Positions 58,436 to 64,000 of a stretch of DNA of 64,000 bases are shown piece after piece; the stretch's first letter is position 1, and each line of letters opens with the position of its first letter. The DNA lies in assembly GCA_000999095.1 (NCBI GenBank), contig LCFP01000002.1, positions 69,736 to 133,735 of the forward strand, given 5' to 3'. The position numbers and the translations under genes were made by a program. Source of the DNA: Candidatus Gottesmanbacteria bacterium GW2011_GWA2_43_14 (GTDB lineage: Bacteria > Patescibacteriota > Microgenomatia > 2-02-FULL-39-11). The notes beneath the pieces are model-generated. The model was not told the origin of the DNA, searched no databases, and saw nothing but the letters and a program-made list of their open reading frames with translations.

Positions 58436-59337
58436 TTAAACTTACCGCCATCATCGTTACCGTCAAAAAAGATAAACATCTGCTTAAAACCTGCCTGGTA
58501 TCACTTGATAAATCAGTAAAGCATGCAGGGGCTGATATAAATTATCTCATCGTTGCCAATGGCACCGTAATAAGAAAAGAAGAATACCCCGCAACCGGCG
58601 TTTCCATTTTGAAATTAAAAAAAAATGCTGGATTCGGCCCCGCCGTAAATTCAGCCATGAAAAAGGTTGAAAGTGACTGGGTGATAATTGTCTGTCCTGA
58701 TGTTATTACCGGAAAAAGCTGCCTTAATGAAATTTTGCCGTTTAGCCTCGACACTACAGCCGGCATAATCGCCCCTCTTGTCAGACTTAAAGATAAAAGA
58801 ATCCAAAAAACTATTCTGCCCGTCCCCTCAATTAAAGAAATTTTTATCGAATCTTCATATTTGTATAGGCTACTGCCGGCACTATTTAAATCCCCGCTAT
58901 CTGATAATTCTTTTTATAAAAGGACAGGCAAAGTCGGGGCGGTAGCGGCTATTTGGTGGCTGGTCAGGAAGGAGGCATTTCAGAAGGCAGGCGGATTTGA
59001 CAATCGCTTTTTCCTCTACTTTGAAGATGTTGACCTCTGCTGCCGGATGAGAAAATCCGGTTATGATCTTATATTCGCTCATAGGGCTGAAGCTTTGCAT
59101 CTGCCTCATCAAAGCACAGGAGGTAAGACAGACGGCAGACTCTACCTGATATCACTAAAAAGATTCCTTAGGAAATATTACGGAAAAAATACCTCCGCTT
59201 TTGCCATTATCATTTTTGCAATCGGCAGCTATCTCAGATTTTTTTACTGGCTGTTTATATATTTGACAGGACGAAATTTGAACACCAGAAAAACAGCGGT
59301 GGATAAACTCTTTTTTTTTAAAAGCATGGCATCTTAA
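58432..59337 (+). CDS. Glycosyltransferase family 2 (rhamnosyltransferase-like)
   Basis: NAGFGPAVN, GGFDNRFFLYFEDVDLC. Confidence 0.88.
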   Translation: MIKLTAIIVTVKKDKHLLKTCLVSLDKSVKHAGADINYLIVANGTVIRKEEYPATGVSILKLKKNAGFGPAVNSAMKKVESDWVIIVCPDVITGKSCLNEILPFSLDTTAGIIAPLVRLKDKRIQKTILPVPSIKEIFIESSYLYRLLPALFKSPLSDNSFYKRTGKVGAVAAIWWLVRKEAFQKAGGFDNRFFLYFEDVDLCCRMRKSGYDLIFAHRAEALHLPHQSTGGKTDGRLYLISLKRFLRKYYGKNTSAFAIIIFAIGSYLRFFYWLFIYLTGRNLNTRKTAVDKLFFFKSMAS

Positions 59338-59342
59338 TTTCT

Positions 59343-60641
59343 ATGAATCCAAAATTAAAATGGCTTTTTGCTCTGGCATTGACCGGTTATCTTTTAATCA
59401 ACTTTTTACTTATCCCCTCTAAAGGCACCGGGGATGTTGAGAATTGGACCGGGATTATCAGCTATGTCAGATTGAATCCTGATAAAAATCTGTTTCCCTC
59501 CTGTCTAAACCATCAATGCGGGGTTTTCTATCCGGTTACCTATCCTCCCGGGCATTTTCTAGTAGTATACTTAGCAGCCAGACTGTTTCCGGCAAATGTG
59601 ACTCCGCTGTCAACCTTCAAACTCACTGTTGCCTTATTCTATCTGCTGGGATTTGCAGCTTTATATTTCTATAACCGTTCACAATCGAAAATTAAATTTT
59701 CTTCCCTTAAACTCGCCTTGCTTTATTTTTCCCTGCCCAGCTTCATTATTAATACCCAGGGATTAGGCTATACCGATATTTTTTATGTGCCGTTTTTAAT
59801 TTTATTCCTGATGCTTATCCGGAATGAACGCTATTTTTGGTCAGGTCTTTGTTTCGGTGTAACACTTCTGATAAAGTGGCAGCCGATAATCCTTTTGCCC
59901 CTGACTTTGGTTTTTATAACTTTTGGCAAGGGCAAAATTATCAATTGGCGCAAAACCTCACTTTTTATCGGCGGACTCTTTTTAATGCAATTGCCAATTT
60001 TGCTGTTGAACAAAAACTATCTTTTTACCACCTGGAATTATTTAATAAACGGAGCCATCGGCAATACTATTTTGTCCGCAGCCCTGAATCTCCAATGGCT
60101 TGTCTCCTTCTACTTCCAAAATATCCTGGAAATCAGGGCCGGAAGTCTGCCTGGCTTTCTGATCTTTTCCCCTGATGATCCCTTCAGGTATCTGCTTGAT
60201 TTAGCGAAAATCAGTTACCTGATAATTTATTTACTGATTGTTGTTTTTTTCATTGGAAAGCGAAGCCGGCGGGGAATTGATTTTCCCTTTTACCTCCACA
60301 CATTGTTTGCAGTTTATTTCAGTTATTTCATGCTGTCCGCAGGTGTTCATGAAAATCACCTGATAATGGCCGTAGTCCTGGCATTGCTACTTTTCATTCA
60401 GCATCGTACTAACAAAAACAAAATTCTCTTATTTTTTACTGATCAGGTTTGCTTCTGGAATATGTTCATCTTTTACGGATTAACCGGTATCCCGTTGTTT
60501 GCCCAACCCTATGATAATCCCCGGTTGTATTTAGCGGCTGCCATTATTATTTTTCCCTTATACCTTCTGGTTATTTTTAATTACTTCCTGGGTCAAAAAC
60601 CGGAGGATTATTATCAGGAAATCCGTATTTTTCGGTCATAA
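59343..60641 (+). CDS. GT-C fold membrane glycosyltransferase-like protein
   Basis: TYPPG, GYTD, KWQP, VHENH, many TMs. Confidence 0.7.
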   Translation: MNPKLKWLFALALTGYLLINFLLIPSKGTGDVENWTGIISYVRLNPDKNLFPSCLNHQCGVFYPVTYPPGHFLVVYLAARLFPANVTPLSTFKLTVALFYLLGFAALYFYNRSQSKIKFSSLKLALLYFSLPSFIINTQGLGYTDIFYVPFLILFLMLIRNERYFWSGLCFGVTLLIKWQPIILLPLTLVFITFGKGKIINWRKTSLFIGGLFLMQLPILLLNKNYLFTTWNYLINGAIGNTILSAALNLQWLVSFYFQNILEIRAGSLPGFLIFSPDDPFRYLLDLAKISYLIIYLLIVVFFIGKRSRRGIDFPFYLHTLFAVYFSYFMLSAGVHENHLIMAVVLALLLFIQHRTNKNKILLFFTDQVCFWNMFIFYGLTGIPLFAQPYDNPRLYLAAAIIIFPLYLLVIFNYFLGQKPEDYYQEIRIFRS

Positions 60642-61731
60642 ATTGCGCCAGTTCATTTCCGATTAAGTCATTGGCAAATTCTCTGGGATGGCAATGATCA
60701 TAAAAAAGTTCCCGGTCCTTATTTTTCCTTAATAGAGGCAATAAATCCAAATAGGTAAACCCGTACTTACCGGTCAGATCAGCTAATTTCGTTTGGGGAA
60801 AATTTTCGAGAAAATCGGCTTCTACCTGATATTTTACCGGGAAAGCTGCTATCAGCACCTTAAAGCCATGGTTTTGCGATAACCGGTTCAGTCTTTTAAA
60901 CTGGTCGCCGATCAGACTCCATGTCTCATCTTTCCAGGCGCTGCCCCAGTCCAGTTCAGCTGCAGCGACCAGTTCCATGAATTCCCTTCTGTCGTCAATC
61001 CAACCGTCTTTTATTTTATTATTAAGAAGGGAAACCCATTTGGCTTTATCGATTCCCTTAATACTTATCCATTGTCTGATCAGAAATTCCCGGTAAATTG
61101 CCTGGACCAGATAACTGTATCTTCTTAATAAACTCTTATTTTCCGAATCACCCGGAAAACCCCAAGGCGGGCGGCCGTCATTGAGATAAAAGGCTACCGC
61201 AACTATATCGGGTTTTGTGCTCAATCCGCTTTCCTCAAGGAGATCGATTTCCTCTTTTATTCCGATATCGGCAACGGATGCATTAATGACCTGATAATTC
61301 ACTGAATTTTGTTTCTGATTTAAATAATGCTCAATCCTGGAAACGAACACCTTTTCTACAGGCAAATAATCGCCCAGGACTATTGAGTCACCAAGTACCA
61401 GAATTCTGAATTCATTTTCCTTCTTCCCGGTTATCTCCTCATCACGAAAACCCAATGAGTTTGTCATAACGGATATGTTGTCATACTCTGAAAAAGGGTG
61501 GTTTCTGATAATTATATTGGCATTGGGGATCAATCGTCGACCTCGGGCAGATTCCGTCACCAGAAACGGCGTATCCGCATCTCCCTCGGAAAGATGGAAT
61601 TTATTATTTTCCCCTTTGATTATTCTGACAGCGTGATTTCTGTAAAAAATCTCGGCAATAAGAAGCGGCAGAATAAAAGAAGCGGAAAAAAGCAGTAGTC
61701 TGAAAAAATATTTAGCTGATTTTTTTTTCAC
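60577..61731 (-). CDS. SGNH/GDSL hydrolase-family protein (close paralog of 55024-56088)
   Basis: TNSLGFRDEEI, LGDSIVLGD, DHCHP. Confidence 0.85.
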   Translation of the reverse strand: MKKKSAKYFFRLLLFSASFILPLLIAEIFYRNHAVRIIKGENNKFHLSEGDADTPFLVTESARGRRLIPNANIIIRNHPFSEYDNISVMTNSLGFRDEEITGKKENEFRILVLGDSIVLGDYLPVEKVFVSRIEHYLNQKQNSVNYQVINASVADIGIKEEIDLLEESGLSTKPDIVAVAFYLNDGRPPWGFPGDSENKSLLRRYSYLVQAIYREFLIRQWISIKGIDKAKWVSLLNNKIKDGWIDDRREFMELVAAAELDWGSAWKDETWSLIGDQFKRLNRLSQNHGFKVLIAAFPVKYQVEADFLENFPQTKLADLTGKYGFTYLDLLPLLRKNKDRELFYDHCHPREFANDLIGNELAQFMTEKYGFPDNNPPVFDPGSN

Positions 61732-62465
61732 GACGGTATTTTTTTTCCTAATGCCACCACGGATGAACCGAAAGGCAATGATATATATTTCAGAAGCTGA
61801 TTTTCACAGTTAAGGATCAGATAGAAAATTTCATTTATAAGAAGGGGCAGGGGATGGCTGTCGGAATGAAAATATCTTTTCCCTTTAATTCTTTCCAGAC
61901 TTCTTTTAATTAATAGAGGCACGGTCAGCAGCATGTTGGCATAGGAAATCCCTACAACCGTAAATCCTGAAGTTTTCATCTTACGACCTACTTCTCCGGT
62001 AGTGTATCGGTGACGGGTTTCCACTACAATATCATGTGCTCCCCTCAATATCTCGAGAGCGGGCAGACGGAGCAATAATAATCCTTTCGGTTTCAGAACG
62101 CGGTATAATTCTTTAAGTGCAGCAGTATCATCCGTAACTTTTTTGTGGTAGAGAACGTCCAGACAGACAACCAGATCAAAATAATCATCCTGAAAAGGCA
62201 ACTCGGAGACGCTGGCTTTGATTACATGCCTCAAGCCCTTTTTTTGGGCAAATTTTAAAGCAGTTTCGTTGATATCAACAGCGTAAACGGTCCCGAACCG
62301 TGTCAACTTTAATGACATGCCCCCTGTTCCGCAGCCGGCATCAAGTATGACTTTTTTTTTCCGGACAAAGGAGGCTATGCTTTCTATAACCTGTTCTCCC
62401 ATCGCCCGGTACCAGAAATGTTTGTTTTCCAGTTCTTCTATCCTCTTGTATTCCGACTTATGCAT
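61728..62465 (-). CDS. Class I SAM-dependent methyltransferase
   Basis: HFWY, LDAGCGTG, LPFQD, LDVLYH, RVLKPKG. Confidence 0.88.
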   Translation of the reverse strand: MHKSEYKRIEELENKHFWYRAMGEQVIESIASFVRKKKVILDAGCGTGGMSLKLTRFGTVYAVDINETALKFAQKKGLRHVIKASVSELPFQDDYFDLVVCLDVLYHKKVTDDTAALKELYRVLKPKGLLLLRLPALEILRGAHDIVVETRHRYTTGEVGRKMKTSGFTVVGISYANMLLTVPLLIKRSLERIKGKRYFHSDSHPLPLLINEIFYLILNCENQLLKYISLPFGSSVVALGKKIPS

Positions 62466-62508
62466 TGATAAAAGTTATTATATATTATAAGAGAGGAACA
62501 ACATTACT

Positions 62509-63732
62509 GTGACTTACGTCAAATTACAGTCCTTCTATAATTCGGGCCGGAAACCCGGAGTCTTATTGCTGGCGGCAATTCTGGTTTCTTTCCTTTTTTT
62601 AAAAATTTTTCTTAATCCTTTATATGATGATGAATACAGCAATTACGGCCAGATAAAACTTTTTTTGGAAGGGAATTATTCCGCCTATCCGAAAATCGGC
62701 GTTATCCCCGGATACCACTTTTTTGTTTCTTCCATGGGAATTTTGCTCGGTTTAACCCAAATCCCCCAGTTAAGAATAATTAACTTTATTATGGTACTCT
62801 TATCTTTCTATCTGTTCTGGAAAACTGCCGGATTACTTGAAGATTATGGATCAATTAATCTTAAAACCCTGCAATTTATTTTCCTGCCCGTAATTTTTCC
62901 GTACAGATTTCTTCTCTATACTGAGAATTTGTCAGTGCCGCTTATACTCGGCTCACTTTTCTTTCTGCATAACAAAAGGCATTGGCTGGCAGGGCTTTTG
63001 GCCTGTTTAAGCATGCTTGTCAGACAACTGAATGTATTTCTGGTGATTTACCTCATTTTACATATTACAGCGGAAACAATGGGTAAGCAGAAAAAATTGA
63101 AAACAATTATCAAAAATAATTTAATTAATATATTTGGACTACTGGCATTTGCAGGGTTGTTCATAATCAATAAAGGCACTGCCATAGGAGTTCAGGACCT
63201 GCATCCCGATTTTTTCATTTCCCCCGGAAATTTATACTGGGCCCTTTTCCTGTTTTTTATCATGTTTATCCCCATAAACATTGCCAATTTTTGGGCAATC
63301 AGGACCTTTATCAGACAGCATAAAAAAATTTTAATATTCGCCATGATATTTATTATTTCTGCGGTTATAACCTTTACGGCCAATCACCCCTGGAATCAGT
63401 CGCCTGAACATCTCAGAAACCGGCTGCTCCTGGCCGTCAACGGCAATATTATCACGGAGATTCTCTTTTTTAGCGCCGTCGTATATGCCATTTTCTCGCT
63501 GGCTATGATCAAACTCAACCGACCGCTGAATTATCTCATTTATCCTCTATCGATCCTGTCACTTCTGCCGATCTGGCTGATTGAATCAAGATATGCCCTC
63601 TTACCGCTTCTTCTGTTTATGCTTTACCGGAAACCTACGGAAAAGCGGTTGGAATATCTTACATTGGCCGGCTTTATTATTTTTTCTGCTTACCTGTATT
63701 ACGGTTACTTAAAGCAGGTCTTTTACTTTTAA
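62509..63732 (+). CDS. ALG10/DIE2-like GT-C glycosyltransferase
   Basis: YDDE, PKI..PGYH, LLYTE, RQLN, HPW, ESRY resemble ALG10 motifs. Confidence 0.6.
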   Translation: MTYVKLQSFYNSGRKPGVLLLAAILVSFLFLKIFLNPLYDDEYSNYGQIKLFLEGNYSAYPKIGVIPGYHFFVSSMGILLGLTQIPQLRIINFIMVLLSFYLFWKTAGLLEDYGSINLKTLQFIFLPVIFPYRFLLYTENLSVPLILGSLFFLHNKRHWLAGLLACLSMLVRQLNVFLVIYLILHITAETMGKQKKLKTIIKNNLINIFGLLAFAGLFIINKGTAIGVQDLHPDFFISPGNLYWALFLFFIMFIPINIANFWAIRTFIRQHKKILIFAMIFIISAVITFTANHPWNQSPEHLRNRLLLAVNGNIITEILFFSAVVYAIFSLAMIKLNRPLNYLIYPLSILSLLPIWLIESRYALLPLLLFMLYRKPTEKRLEYLTLAGFIIFSAYLYYGYLKQVFYF

Positions 63733-63797
63733 ACTGACGGAAAAGTGCTATAATTTTTATTTTATCGGGCTTCCTTCTGACCGGTTATCTGCAATTT

Positions 63798-64000
63798 ATG
63801 TCAAAAAAATTAACCTTTTTTCTTTTTACAATCGTTGTTTTAGGCACGTTATTACGCATCTACAAGTTGGACCGGACGCTTTCCTTTGATACAGATCAGG
63901 CTGCCGCTTATCTGATTGCAGACAGAATTTTAAGCGGAAAAAATCTGCTGCTGGTCGGCCCGTTGACCACTATCTGGCAGGTTAACCTGCTCCCGCCCAC
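63798..64000 (+). CDS. Partial ArnT-like membrane glycosyltransferase (runs off window)
   Basis: MSKK..LLRIYKL..FDTDQA..LLVGP. Confidence 0.6.
   Translation, partial: MSKKLTFFLFTIVVLGTLLRIYKLDRTLSFDTDQAAAYLIADRILSGKNLLLVGPLTTIWQVNLLPP

Noticed and set aside
1351-63383. Numerous short antisense or alternate-frame ORFs in the track
   Set aside because: They lie inside well-supported genes and carry no recognisable motifs.

Overview
Bacterial chromosomal window, most consistent with a Patescibacteria/CPR (Microgenomates-like) genome. This is inferred from a DUF5660-like protein, a PPIase-less trigger factor, a short PheT, CPR-type pilus genes and many apparently leaderless genes. Core content: tRNA-Leu, tRNA-Val, tig, nth, thrS-infC-rpmI-rplT, pheST, PBP1A, tyrS, recG, rpmF-nusB-acpP-rnc-rpsP-khpA-trmD and pilMNO/PilX-like genes. 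A complete shikimate-to-phenylalanine operon sits between rplT and pheS, preceded by an unannotated WYYFYF leader peptide and attenuator. thrS has a compact T-box riboswitch. Two accessory surface/glycosylation regions (about 20-28 kb and 43-64 kb) carry what looks like two copies of a RiPP-like system. Each copy has a precursor with a shared Yx(K/R)Px(I/L)xxxK(I/V)KLNxF leader and a four-Cys core ending in CxxC, an HPr-kinase-like enzyme, a PqqD/RRE gene (truncated in locus 1) and a paralogous membrane-anchored protein. Locus 2 adds an S26 peptidase-nucleotidyltransferase fusion and locus 1 adds a methyltransferase. One precursor is fused to a phage-type self-cleaving peptidase S74 chaperone domain. 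All calls come from reading motifs by eye; no database searches were run.
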